Of a stretch of 47,062 nt of DNA, positions 19,201 through 28,408 are shown piece after piece. Position numbers and translations under genes: made by a program. Source of the stretch: a virus (lineage: Duplodnaviria; Caudoviricetes); IMG/VR virus record IMGVR_UViG_3300044267_004763, positions 1 to 47,062 of that record. One strand, 5' to 3'. How positions within the stretch are numbered: position 1 is the first letter of the stretch; every line of letters starts with the position of its first letter. The notes under the pieces were generated by a model, which made no database searches, was not told the origin of the DNA, and worked only from the letters and a program-made list of their open reading frames with translations.

Positions 19201-22119
19201 TCCTTTTAAATGAACAGTATCATGAAAAGTTGAAACACCAAGAACATTTAACTCCTTTGAGAATAAGGTATCATTAACTGTTGTAATACCGACAAAAGTT
19301 GAAAACCCAAGAACACCAAGTTCATTTGAAAATAAAGTATCATTAACTGTTGTAATACCAACAAAGGTCGAAAACCCAAGAACACCCAACTCCTTTGAAA
19401 ATAAGGTATCATGAACTGTTGTAATACCTCCAAAAGTAGATACACCAAGTACATTTAATTGTTTTGAGAATAATGTTTGGCCTTTTGATGTTACTATACC
19501 CGTTGATTCTATCGTTAAATATTCACCAGTATTAACAGTAAATTTTAGAGAATTCTCACCATGATCATATTCAATTATTCCAACATCATCATCATCATTA
19601 TCACCAAAGTAAATATAGTTTGAAGCAGAAACACTATCTATCTTATTTCTTATAGCAGTATGGTCTGAAGATTGTGTGCCATCATTTCTTAATTGAAGAG
19701 TAGCATTACCACCAGTTTTACCTTTTATATCTAAAATATAACTTGGGTTTTCTTCACCAATACCAATATAACCATCTTGTTTTATTACAAAGAATTTATC
19801 ATTAGTACCACCATCTCCCATAATCTCCAACTGATGAGTATTAGAAGTATCATTGGATATAGTCCATTTTGCATTATTTCTATGAAAGAGTTTTATTTGA
19901 GTATCTTTATTATTTTCATAAGATTCAAGTTTAAGTGTAACATCACCATGTTGATTAAATAAATGAAGTTCATCGGATGGAACTGAAGTTCCTATACCAA
20001 CTCTACTCAGACCAGCATCAATAAATGCAGCTGTATTACCAACACCTACATTAATATCTCCCCAGAATGTAGAAACTCCTGTACCTGGAGGGCCAGGTTT
20101 TACAATAAGTTTCTGAAAATTACCTTCATCCAAGAATATATCATCTTGTACAAATAAATCTCCACCAATATATAAATCACCACCAGTTGTTGTTATACCA
20201 CCAGCAGAAGCAAGACTAACACTACCTTCTCCCACTTGATCGATAACAACATCTACGTCAGTCCCTTGTAATGCTTCAGACCAAGTTCCTTCTAGGTATG
20301 ATATAGGAAATGTATATACATCACCACTAACAGTACTATCACCTGTAAGTTTATAAAGTATTGACTTGCTGGTATCAGTATCATTAATAATTTTAATTGT
20401 ATCACCTAATCGAAGAACAGCATAAATTGCTGGATGATCATTATTAGTCCTATCTGTTTTATGAATCTTTAACGTAGTAGCAGTTGTATAACTACCTTGG
20501 TCAAATTGAACTTGTCCTGAAGGAGGATTTCCAGAAGTTCTAAAATCATACGGATAAGTAACTATGTCTGCTGCAGGATATCCAAGAATCCTTAATGATC
20601 CACCACCATGTATATTTTTGTTTATTCCGATACCACCATCAACTTGTAGTGCTCCACTATCAACACTGGTTGAATCTGTTGAATCTGTAATAGTAAATTT
20701 ATCTGGAGTTGTTATGGTTCCAGAATTAGAATCTAAAGTTAAAGCACCGACTGTAGTATTAACAGTATTTCCAGATATCTTAACATTTCCAATCGTACCA
20801 ATACCACTGGGATTGATATAAAGTTCTGGTGAAATAAATGATTGAGATGCTGACATAATGCCAACTGCACTCGCACCTACACCCGTAGTTGTAAATCTTT
20901 CATTAGCACCATAAGCTAACCTTACATATTGACCACCTTCTGCTATTAATAATTCATTACCATCAGTATCTTGAATATCAATACGACTTCCTTTTAAAAC
21001 TAAATTACCTGTTCCCGTATCTTCTATAAAACTATGTGTTCCTGAATGATATATTTGTAAATCCCCTGAATCACCAAATGATGCCTTTGAACCATCATAA
21101 AACTTTAATTCATTAGCAGACTTATCCCAGAAAACAGATGTAATACCAACAGCATCACCAATAAAGTCTACATCACCACCAGTAAATGTAGTTACTCCAG
21201 TAAGTATAGAATTACCTAAAACTTCAAATAATACAATAGGTTGAGTACTTCCAATACCAACAGAACCAGCAGCACCTACTACTTTTGGTTCAACCCATAC
21301 AAAATTAGATGCTCCTTCAACAAGTCCAGTATCATCATGATATTGAACATTGCTTATATATCCACCAGCACCTGATTGTACTGTTTTAGGTTCTTTCCAT
21401 TCAAGTGTGCCATCATTAGCTTTTACTATTAAATCTCCAGCAGTTCCTGGTTCATTATCACCATCATAAATCGTTCCTTCTAATCTAAGACCACCTTTTA
21501 CATGAAGAGTTGCTGTAGGGTCTGAAGTTCCTATACCAACAGATGCAACACCAACTCCCCCACTAGTTCCACTAAAGGCACTAAAAATACTTCCACCAAG
21601 TCCTACATGTGAATGAGTTTTACTTGTAAATATTCCAACATTTGGATCAAATACTAAGTTATTTGATGAAGAAAAATCAGTTATACCAGTTCCAACTTTT
21701 AAATTAAATAATAATTGTCCACTATGTCCTGGAGGAGCAACAGTAATTGTTGCGGCAACACCAGTTCCAGGAGGTGTTGATGTTGCTGCAATTGCTACTC
21801 CTTCAAAATTAAGAGAAGTGATACTATTAGCACCACCTATTACAGTACCTTCATCAAATACAGAAATAGATCCAGGTATTATTCCACCACCAACTGGTTG
21901 CCAATATCTAGTTCCAGGATTAGGATCACCATATACACTAAAAACTTGATATTTAGTTCCTACAGGAAAATCAGTACTCGATGAACCATCAGCAATACCC
22001 AGAGTCTGTGGATCACTGGGATTTGGTTCTGCTTGTTCTAAACTAAGATATGTATACCTATCAGATTTTAACTCTGAATTAGCACTTCTTTTAACTCTAC
22101 CACTAAGATACTTAGGCAT
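13234..22119 (-). CDS. Giant modular tail fibre protein (2961 aa)
   Basis: Many GIGT...E(R/K)LRI shaft repeats, three repeated cassettes, 23-aa tandem repeat. Confidence 0.85.
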   Translation of the reverse strand: MPKYLSGRVKRSANSELKSDRYTYLSLEQAEPNPSDPQTLGIADGSSSTDFPVGTKYQVFSVYGDPNPGTRYWQPVGGGIIPGSISVFDEGTVIGGANSITSLNFEGVAIAATSTPPGTGVAATITVAPPGHSGQLLFNLKVGTGITDFSSSNNLVFDPNVGIFTSKTHSHVGLGGSIFSAFSGTSGGVGVASVGIGTSDPTATLHVKGGLRLEGTIYDGDNEPGTAGDLIVKANDGTLEWKEPKTVQSGAGGYISNVQYHDDTGLVEGASNFVWVEPKVVGAAGSVGIGSTQPIVLFEVLGNSILTGVTTFTGGDVDFIGDAVGITSVFWDKSANELKFYDGSKASFGDSGDLQIYHSGTHSFIEDTGTGNLVLKGSRIDIQDTDGNELLIAEGGQYVRLAYGANERFTTTGVGASAVGIMSASQSFISPELYINPSGIGTIGNVKISGNTVNTTVGALTLDSNSGTITTPDKFTITDSTDSTSVDSGALQVDGGIGINKNIHGGGSLRILGYPAADIVTYPYDFRTSGNPPSGQVQFDQGSYTTATTLKIHKTDRTNNDHPAIYAVLRLGDTIKIINDTDTSKSILYKLTGDSTVSGDVYTFPISYLEGTWSEALQGTDVDVVIDQVGEGSVSLASAGGITTTGGDLYIGGDLFVQDDIFLDEGNFQKLIVKPGPPGTGVSTFWGDINVGVGNTAAFIDAGLSRVGIGTSVPSDELHLFNQHGDVTLKLESYENNKDTQIKLFHRNNAKWTISNDTSNTHQLEIMGDGGTNDKFFVIKQDGYIGIGEENPSYILDIKGKTGGNATLQLRNDGTQSSDHTAIRNKIDSVSASNYIYFGDNDDDDVGIIEYDHGENSLKFTVNTGEYLTIESTGIVTSKGQTLFSKQLNVLGVSTFGGITTVHDTLFSKELGVLGFSTFVGITTVNDTLFSNELGVLGFSTFVGITTVNDTLFSKELNVLGVSTFHDTVHLKGGLKDKDGDLGENGQLLESRDSKTNWVNAGDLTVQNATKVGVGTTNSVVEDVPSTVSYYPTFVNSNNNQSRENEFLYSDIGLTYSLSYTNGIGIGSVGIGTSNPQRKLVVSNEGEEGFEFFPGDSANGGSLNLYNRKTTSYIPLTINSQDFRWAPSGGTEAFRIDASGRVLIGVQASYANASIDDLQVGNNNSATQTGITLGSTDESAIAFADAGDARAGSIIYNHGSDAMIIKTAGQNERVTIDSIGNFIVSAATGISTFVGGAHVTGVGVSIAVGGLDVNPLGISTLHNLETRFINDINHYLEIGDFSNTGNPNSNTSPFTLYNAVVRTGSYKPKHGEIIKIEFSEDGKPTRQLIYEYDANTTNPGVGKMGSYNQSNNATGLDFQDTNATLTFNKTALPGSYNTTLFDADTTSGALDIYSFGQPSFRVTFSDQVDISHRVGIGTSVPSDPQGTDRGGFLAVAGIVTAYNMYADKFYGPIEGSLIPTGDLDIEEWIRHVGDTNTKFGFPTDDTFTVTTANVERLRIDSGGRLLMNNITAVDDWMLQMEGAGGTGQVPAILFKNGTTSVDETIGGWTAYNTTNQVAYVLAAEESSNADAYIKFATKADGSPIAERLRIESEGKLLYSAPSGMTSITSKRTDTNSNNGDGWFELKVTSGDNTEIGKLGFYRDTNTDDAHFTIKTRDTGGSNAERLRITSKGNVGIGTYDVKARLHIYDDPSVPYSDARFRITKHEAPTNERHWELSANLDGHLRIQGIDDSSDNAGHGAGGGDHFDFWRDGKQIKEFRAVGAGNTWFTVFNSTEAIGGRSNLQGVGIGTTAPYEAVHPDNVATVNAGIVSANYYFGTFEGTIGDDVTLDTADKANKIKAQTTSSNAAHYLTFVNSTGTGYKDVYVNTGISYVPDVWDDDTDRGTLTITGNLSIGGTVTYEDVTNVDSLGIITARTGLHVLENGIDVKSGVSTFKDGVETVSIGSTTGSRILKLGEQYCLAGPFGDVSTANLPSSTYGSITYGEPNTSPIENYIPIDGQLITITLSENDKETRTFVFEYADVPSYSNNNFQNKCALSNLPGGAPKEFNQITPSQGSWRFSHLAISGSHGTDFKTLAYDYYTNNSGDSHSSFKIRVGNAIVSMKSAVGIGTSVPMDAVSDEKALLAVSGIVTAHEMYASKFYGPIEGALTPTGDFDIEEWIRHVGDDDTKFGFPEDNAFAVETAGSERFRIVSTGYAQFAGASDVRLTLGSQGTAGQNTSNWVRGQNADLMYNAASGAHIWEIGGSEKMRINSTGDVRFAGTNLTDNTNKSVNLTAPSYDIDEEDVNLVQVENESTFNQISFGGGTSELNAATNIRFLTAPAVNTVTGTERMCITSSGTAIVHKGIETVSIGATNGGNILRLQDSTTAASCITGDFSNSNPYTSGGSNVGISIWKPQNPVKGSYKPVAGELIRFTFTQSGKETRTFVWEYDAGFFPTTGKCALYDNSITNYNEVTSTADGIRWQFNYTAHSDGYSTNFLTDGINYYGSDLKDDGLSVEVGTVVSIMSAVGIGTSVPSDPQSSVDRGAILAVSGIVTAYNMYAEKFYGPIEGALTPTGDIDIEQWIRHIGNTNTKFGFPADNTFTVETAATEALRIDSGQRLLLGTTAYKQNLNSSADTSGQLAQFVGTTDDVNHCVGIFAYSGTSNPTTRGAKIQLNRARSTDGTTNTAVADDDLIGSIEFKGNDGTNFSSAARIDAYVDGGVGTDDMPGRLSFWTTNEGTAVPKERMRINENGALIIAGTTTFSDGTYGEAKLQFNTKDGNHIGACSQADTNNSINHVLFKNTQGIVGSIGTNDDDLLVLTNNIEKLRITREGHLYPGVDDTYNIGKSTTELRWNNIYAKNVYAENLSSGGGTSPTDSVFTSTGSINGNDQKIDDTADTNSLLEYTIFFSLDATPTYMQSQKILIMSNGTNAYMQEYAIMFNDKRLVTLSVVNTGGANKTELRGTTLVSQVTYKLSRRTIT
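14389..14607. repeat. Dispersed intragenic repeat (about 210 bp), copy A
   Basis: Encodes AVGIGTSVP...VSGIVTAY.MYA.KFYGPIEG.L.PTGD.DIE.WIRH.G...TKFGFP; high DNA identity to copies B and C. Confidence 0.9.
15601..15812. repeat. Dispersed intragenic repeat, copy B
   Basis: 39-nt identical run with copy A; 35-nt identical run with copy C. Confidence 0.9.
17674..17881. repeat. Dispersed intragenic repeat, copy C
   Basis: Two 26-nt identical runs with copy A; 35-nt run with copy B. Confidence 0.9.
19225..19476. repeat. In-frame 69-bp tandem repeat (about 3.5-4 copies; TLFSKELGVLGFSTFVGITTVND)
   Basis: gtatcat.aactgttgtaatacc recurs at 19268, 19337 and 19406. Confidence 0.9.
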
Positions 22120-24037
22120 TACTGTTCTCTAGAATACTTGCAAGAAATTCCATCTGAAGTGGAGCGACCATTCCACCAGCTGTCGATATACCAACATAGA
22201 AACTAATATTGTTACAGTCTACTTCCGTAGGACCAGTTTGCAATCCTACAACAGGATCACCAATACGAGGATAAGCATGTTCTGTCTTAAATCCATCTTG
22301 ACTACAAGAGAATATTAATGATTCTGTAGCAATTCCAACTTTTGTTGTTGATTTTCTAACACCACTAGTTGCCGACACAAATGTATGTGTATAAGCACCA
22401 CCAAGTTTAACGACACTTCTAGTTATACCAGCAGTTGCCGATACAAAACTATGTTCTGAAGTATCTGGTGAAGCACCTACATTCACCGTAAAATTATTAG
22501 CATCGTTTTTAGTAGCAATTAACCACTTTCCACTCGCAGGGTCAGTTGATCTAGGATAAGCTCTATATGAAGCAACTCCTACTTGACATCCATAATCACA
22601 ACTAAGAGTTATAGAACCATCATCAATCTTAATAGCATCTCCAGTTTGTATTAAGTGATTAGCAACCGTAAGTTTTAATGCTCCAGTACCTGGAGTATAC
22701 TCAACATCAGTTGGTTGTAATTTTGTTGCTGCCACAAAAGTATGTGGAGTTGTATTTGAAGAGGTACCAACCTCTAAACTAATTGTGGTATCTGTTGTTG
22801 CAGCAACTCCAACCGCATCATTATATGCTTTATCAGCAATACCTGAGTTTCCACCTTCACCACTTGCACGAGGATAAAGCTTTGTGCCTGAACCTTCAGT
22901 ACAAGTAAATCCTAATGATTGTGTCCCTAATCTAACGCTAGTAACTCCTGCTACAATATCATGAGTTCCAACGGTTAATGTTGCAATTCCAGCAGTAGGA
23001 TCATATAGGGCTTCACTTACATCATAAAAATCAAAAGTTGATCTTCCTACAAAAACTTCAAAATTATTAGCATCAAGTTTAGTAACCTTTTTCCATACAC
23101 CACTCATTGGGTCTTGACCATAACGTGGATATGCTTTCTCATTAACATTACCATCCATAGTACATTTAAATGTTAATGCACCATCATCAAATTTTACCAA
23201 ATCCCAATCATTAAATCCATGAGTACTTTTAGTAATTGTTAAAATTCCAGCATTACCATCATATGCTGCTCCAGTTGGAGTAATAGATCCAGCAGTCTGT
23301 ATAATATCAAGTGCTTTATCTTTAACAGTTAATTTTACAATACCAGTTTTTCCATCATAAGAACCAGCAGTAGGAGTATACTTACTTGCCCCATCATCCC
23401 ATGTGTCTCTTGAAAGAGCATTTTGATTAGCACGAATAAATTTATGTACAGCAGGATTATATACGTGCTTATATCCTTTAGCACCTCCAATTACTGATGA
23501 AAATCTATGAGTATCAACAACAGTATCTACAAAATATGATTTCTGTGGGTCTGGAAATATATTTGTTGTTATACCTGCGGTTTTATCTGGACATGTAAAA
23601 GCAATACCTGCTAATGTAACCTGATCACCCACACTAAAACCATGAGTGGCCATTGTAGTAGCAGTAATAATTCCAGTAGGTTCATCATAAACTACATTAC
23701 TAATAGTAGTAACACCCGTTTGAGTTCCATTAACATATAAACTATCAATAACAAGTGCGGTTTTTTCCAAAACCATTCTACCATCGACCAAGATTACAGC
23801 ATCATTTGGTGGAATTTCTACATCCTTTATAACTCTAATATCTCTATCAAGTCCCGTGCTTCTTTGTAATCTTCTTTGAATAAAACTAACAGTTGGAAAT
23901 GTGCCGACACCAACATTAGCTACTTGAGCATACAAAACAAGAGCAGAGGTTCCTGTCGGTACCTCATACAACTTTTGCTCTCCAGGTGCTACAGGAACGG
24001 CAATGTTTATAAACTTATTAACTGGTGCTATTGCCAT
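22112..24037 (-). CDS. Virion structural protein with about five ~100-aa beta repeats (641 aa)
   Basis: Repeated YD..TG..T.T...H....GD...FTC...YPR..DP...HTFVSA units; 8-nt overlap with the fibre gene. Confidence 0.75.
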   Translation of the reverse strand: MAIAPVNKFINIAVPVAPGEQKLYEVPTGTSALVLYAQVANVGVGTFPTVSFIQRRLQRSTGLDRDIRVIKDVEIPPNDAVILVDGRMVLEKTALVIDSLYVNGTQTGVTTISNVVYDEPTGIITATTMATHGFSVGDQVTLAGIAFTCPDKTAGITTNIFPDPQKSYFVDTVVDTHRFSSVIGGAKGYKHVYNPAVHKFIRANQNALSRDTWDDGASKYTPTAGSYDGKTGIVKLTVKDKALDIIQTAGSITPTGAAYDGNAGILTITKSTHGFNDWDLVKFDDGALTFKCTMDGNVNEKAYPRYGQDPMSGVWKKVTKLDANNFEVFVGRSTFDFYDVSEALYDPTAGIATLTVGTHDIVAGVTSVRLGTQSLGFTCTEGSGTKLYPRASGEGGNSGIADKAYNDAVGVAATTDTTISLEVGTSSNTTPHTFVAATKLQPTDVEYTPGTGALKLTVANHLIQTGDAIKIDDGSITLSCDYGCQVGVASYRAYPRSTDPASGKWLIATKNDANNFTVNVGASPDTSEHSFVSATAGITRSVVKLGGAYTHTFVSATSGVRKSTTKVGIATESLIFSCSQDGFKTEHAYPRIGDPVVGLQTGPTEVDCNNISFYVGISTAGGMVAPLQMEFLASILENSNA

Positions 24038-24038
24038 A

Positions 24039-27000
24039 TTATCTCAATGCTAGTATTAATGGTGTTAATTGTGCTTGTATTGCTCTATTAAAGTCTCTTC
24101 CTCTAATAGTTGATGTAGTTTGGTCAATCGTAAGACCGTCACCGATTCTAAAGTTACCTTTTTGGTCAGTACTAGTAAATGGAACTTGTCCTCCATTTAT
24201 AGCTATAATTTCATTTTCAGGTATAGGTTCACCGCCTTGGAAGGGGTTTGCTATATTTAGGTCAGTACCAGCACCAACATATTCAAACGAATGTGAACTG
24301 GTAATAATACGACTCAATCTTACAAACTCACAACTTACTCCAGCACCAACACTATATGGAATAAATTCATTAAATGTTACTGTTGATAATCCAGTAATTG
24401 ATGGTTCTTCTGCAGAATCAACTGTAAATAATATTGGGTCAGTATTAACTTTAGCAGTAGCATTTCCACTTGAAAAAGTAACAGTAAGTTCTTGGTCTGG
24501 TAAGAAGTTTCTTCCACTAGCAATCACATCAATAGAACTAATACTACCAGCAGCACTTACATTAGCAGAAAATTCTGGTATTATTGATTCTGGGCCTTGG
24601 GGTGCATTAACAGTAATATTCGGTGGACTACCAGGATTATATCCACTTCCACCATCAATAATATCAATACTTCGAATAAATTGAAGTGGTTTATTTACAA
24701 CACCACTAGCAATACTATCAGCATAATCATCCATATTAATATAGAAATATGCACCCTGACCATCAAATGGTTTTCTTATATTGTCTTCCACATCTCTAAC
24801 ATTAGCTAATTCAATTACATCTTGACCACCAATAGAAGAAGTATTAGTTTTACTGGTAAATTCTACAGCTCCGACACCATCTGCCTTTAATCCAACATTA
24901 CCAAAAGATGAGTTGGAGTTTGTAAGGTCACACTGACCACCACTACCAGCAAAAATAGCAATATCACATCCAATAGTAAATATAGAAACTAACTGAGCAT
25001 ATGCATTATTAGTGAGTGATACACCGATTCCATTTTCATTATATTGAGTGAATGAATCACAAACCATCGATTTCAAATCTTGTCCTATGTCATTAGTTCC
25101 TGTAAATGCAGCATTAACATAATCACCGTTAATTTTCATACCAATACTACCAGTCATAAAGTTAGTACAGTTCCTAACATAAGGACTTCTATATCTACCA
25201 TTAGGGCCTTCATTTGCAGGACCAAGTTCTGTATATCCAGTAACTGCCTGAAAATCTACACCACCAGAAATACCAACAGCAGTTGGTGGAAATGCGACTG
25301 CACCACAATTTGCATGATTAGTAGAAGTACTTTGACCTGCAAAGTTCATATTTTGGATCAAACATCCTCTTCTTACTTGGAATACATCTTTATTTGTAGT
25401 ATTGGGAACAACGGTTACAAGTCTCAAATCTTCTCCAGAAACTGTAACATCAGTCCTAAGACCAATTGGATTATTTTCATTATAAACTCCTGAACGAACA
25501 ATAATAGTATCTCCTGCCAATGCAATTGCTGCAGCTGCTCCAATTGTTCTTTTAGAATCTCCTTCTAACAATCCAGTATTATTATCATCACCATTTATCG
25601 AAACCCAAATAGTATTCTTGGTTTGTACACCAGATGGTCTCCATGATACACCAGTACCAACAGATGCTAACCTATAATCAGTTTTAGCAGCACCTACACC
25701 AATATCCTGATTTACATCTGATATATGCCAACCTAAATCTAATGTGCTTCCAATTCCTACCGCATCTTTAAATGTAGATATACCAACATGTGTGGAAACA
25801 CCAGATACATTTAATGTATCTGTTTCTGTATGACCAGTTATATCAATTCCAGCTGATGTAGTTGCGAATTTCTTACCAGGATTACTAGTACCTCTCCAAT
25901 GTAAATCTACAGCACCATCAGCATTATATACTGCTAAATTAGCACCATCACTACTCCTTTCAAATACTATATCATGATTTCCAGAAGGCACTTGGAATCG
26001 CATATCATGATCCCCAGAGTGTTTAAATACACTACCTCCATTAGATCCATCACCATCCGTATAATATATTTGTAAATCAGGATTATCTGAAGTATTACCA
26101 AAGGTTGCCTCCGCATTGTCATTAAAGTGGAGTGCATTTTCCGACTTATCCCATTGTGCATTGTATGAAGAACCCGTAAAAGTTACATCATCATTAAACG
26201 TAGAAACACCAGTAACCTTGAAATTACCACCTACATTTAAATTTTCACCAATACCAGTCCCACCAACAACTTGTAAAGCACCACTTGTCGTATTGATTGA
26301 AGTTGTATTAGATTCTACTTTAGTATCACCACCAACAAATAATTTCCCAACAATACCAGTTCCACCAGCAACTTGTAAAGCTCCACTTGTAGTATTACTT
26401 GCTGCTTGATTGGTTTCTATTTGAGTAACACCAGCAACATTTAAGGTACCTTCAATATCAGTATTACCAGTATTTGAAGCAACCTTAAATTTATCAGTTC
26501 CATCTTCTGTCTCAATAGTAAAGGTCTTATTATCAGCATTAATGGTTACATCATCTTGGAATGTAGCAGCACCATCTACATTCAAAGTTAGATTCAATTC
26601 TGTATGCTTATCAACTGTTACTTTATCTCTAAAGTAAGCTTCTTTATAAACATCCAATCCATATACAGGATTTGTAGAACCAATACCTACAGAACCAATT
26701 CCAGTAACAGCAAAGGCAGTTGAAGCAACACCTACTTGAAAAAGAGCCTCAGGTACTGAAGTTCCAATACCAACATTAGTTAATCTGTAAATACCAGTAT
26801 CTAACCCAACATGACCATCAACAACTCCCCAGAAATCATTCGTGAATATTGTTGCTAAACCAGTTGATGCATTACCAAGTGTAGGTACAAGAGTATCAGT
26901 ACCAGTACCATAACTATTAACTTGTGAGAAATTAACAATTGAGAATGTTTGTGCCACACCAGTATTAACAGGTACAAATACACCTTCATCCTGTATTAAA

Positions 27001-27866
27001 ATACCTTCCTGAAGACTTGGTTCATAGGCAGTCCAACGAATACCATCTCCATCTCTCTGAAGGAACATTCCATTGACACCAGCTGAGTCTCCAGAGTCAT
27101 AGATATTTCTAGAAATTCTTATACTGCCATCAACTGAAAGTCTTAATGTACCTTGACCAGAATCACTAAAACCACCATCACCAGTATTATCAGTCCAAGT
27201 ACCATATGGTGTAGTTGAACCAATGGCCATTGTACCACCAGCAGTAACAACGACAGATTTTGTATTTTGATTAGCCTGAAATACTCCATATGGAATAGTG
27301 GTTCCTATACCAATCGAACCAGCAATAGAAAGAGTTTGATTTTCATTATAAAATTTTAAATCAGGACTATCTGTTAATGTGCTACCTGTACCAACAAAAA
27401 CAACACGGTCTTCTGTTAAATCTGGAATAGATACTTCATCTTTAAAAGTAGCAATACCACTAAAAATAGAACTTTCTTCTACAAATAACTTGGTTGTACT
27501 CGTAACACCTAAAACATCTAAAATTTCAGTTGGTTGCGTACTTCCAATACCAACTTTACCAGGATCTAAAAGAGAACTTGCCGTAAGAACTGTTCCACCA
27601 ATACCTACAGTTAATTTTTCTCTAACTTCTAAATCAATAAAAGATAAAGTTTCAGTAAAATTAACCTTATCATAAAAAGTGGTAATACCACTAAAGGTTG
27701 CTCCATCACTTACGGTTAAATTCCCAGTACTGGTAAGACCAGATATAGTAGCATTATCTAAAGTAATACTATCAAGTTCAAAATTTGGGTAATGTAATCT
27801 TCCATAGATATAGACATTCTCAAATACAGAATTTCCAGATTGTGAAAAATTAGCATTAACAGTCAT
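24039..27866 (-). CDS. Tail fibre/tailspike-like protein (1275 aa): N-terminal fibre shaft plus C-terminal putative beta-helix
   Basis: GIGST repeats; WVSINGDDNN...TIGAAAA...SGVYNE, SPYVRNCT and SHSFEYVGAG motifs. Confidence 0.75.
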   Translation of the reverse strand: MTVNANFSQSGNSVFENVYIYGRLHYPNFELDSITLDNATISGLTSTGNLTVSDGATFSGITTFYDKVNFTETLSFIDLEVREKLTVGIGGTVLTASSLLDPGKVGIGSTQPTEILDVLGVTSTTKLFVEESSIFSGIATFKDEVSIPDLTEDRVVFVGTGSTLTDSPDLKFYNENQTLSIAGSIGIGTTIPYGVFQANQNTKSVVVTAGGTMAIGSTTPYGTWTDNTGDGGFSDSGQGTLRLSVDGSIRISRNIYDSGDSAGVNGMFLQRDGDGIRWTAYEPSLQEGILIQDEGVFVPVNTGVAQTFSIVNFSQVNSYGTGTDTLVPTLGNASTGLATIFTNDFWGVVDGHVGLDTGIYRLTNVGIGTSVPEALFQVGVASTAFAVTGIGSVGIGSTNPVYGLDVYKEAYFRDKVTVDKHTELNLTLNVDGAATFQDDVTINADNKTFTIETEDGTDKFKVASNTGNTDIEGTLNVAGVTQIETNQAASNTTSGALQVAGGTGIVGKLFVGGDTKVESNTTSINTTSGALQVVGGTGIGENLNVGGNFKVTGVSTFNDDVTFTGSSYNAQWDKSENALHFNDNAEATFGNTSDNPDLQIYYTDGDGSNGGSVFKHSGDHDMRFQVPSGNHDIVFERSSDGANLAVYNADGAVDLHWRGTSNPGKKFATTSAGIDITGHTETDTLNVSGVSTHVGISTFKDAVGIGSTLDLGWHISDVNQDIGVGAAKTDYRLASVGTGVSWRPSGVQTKNTIWVSINGDDNNTGLLEGDSKRTIGAAAAIALAGDTIIVRSGVYNENNPIGLRTDVTVSGEDLRLVTVVPNTTNKDVFQVRRGCLIQNMNFAGQSTSTNHANCGAVAFPPTAVGISGGVDFQAVTGYTELGPANEGPNGRYRSPYVRNCTNFMTGSIGMKINGDYVNAAFTGTNDIGQDLKSMVCDSFTQYNENGIGVSLTNNAYAQLVSIFTIGCDIAIFAGSGGQCDLTNSNSSFGNVGLKADGVGAVEFTSKTNTSSIGGQDVIELANVRDVEDNIRKPFDGQGAYFYINMDDYADSIASGVVNKPLQFIRSIDIIDGGSGYNPGSPPNITVNAPQGPESIIPEFSANVSAAGSISSIDVIASGRNFLPDQELTVTFSSGNATAKVNTDPILFTVDSAEEPSITGLSTVTFNEFIPYSVGAGVSCEFVRLSRIITSSHSFEYVGAGTDLNIANPFQGGEPIPENEIIAINGGQVPFTSTDQKGNFRIGDGLTIDQTTSTIRGRDFNRAIQAQLTPLILALR

Positions 27867-28408
27867 TATCCCATCCCCTTTATAGCAGCCGTCATATTAT
27901 TAACAAAATTCTTACCAATTGATTTTATAGAACCACTTAAACCATGAATAGAAAGAAGTACTCCTGTATTTCCACCATTACTAGAAATATTCACAATAGA
28001 TCCATTAATAGCAACATCACTTGTGCCACCATCACCAATTTGAATAGCATTGGCTTTAATAATAATATTATCAGCTTCTAAAGTAATATTCTTATCTGCC
28101 CTTATCCTAACATTACCGTCATCAGCAACTACATCCACATCTCCAGTGTGAGTGACTAATACAAAATCAGAAGTACCAGAAGGAGTTTTCTCACCACAAT
28201 TCAAATGCATTGAACCTTCAGTTTCTACTCTAGTAATTCCCGAATGATGATGTGCCATTAAGAACCTTTGACCTTCATCATTGGTCATTTTTATACCACC
28301 AGCTTCAGGCCCACATATACTATCTGCAGGATTTCCTGTTTCTGTATAAAGATAAGCACTTTCTACATTACATTGTCTTACTGCTTCTGAATCTTTATCA
28401 ATAGTCAT
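27866..28408 (-). CDS. gp5 C-terminal-like beta-strand (spike/needle) protein (180 aa)
   Basis: Short beta-strand periodicity (GDVDVVADDGNVRIRADKNITLEADNIIIKAN); follows gp5-like genes. Confidence 0.5.
   Translation of the reverse strand: MTIDKDSEAVRQCNVESAYLYTETGNPADSICGPEAGGIKMTNDEGQRFLMAHHHSGITRVETEGSMHLNCGEKTPSGTSDFVLVTHTGDVDVVADDGNVRIRADKNITLEADNIIIKANAIQIGDGGTSDVAINGSIVNISSNGGNTGVLLSIHGLSGSIKSIGKNFVNNMTAAIKGMG

Noticed and set aside
19225-19476. 69-bp periodicity resembling a CRISPR array
   Set aside because: The whole unit repeats in frame with mostly third-position changes; no unique spacers
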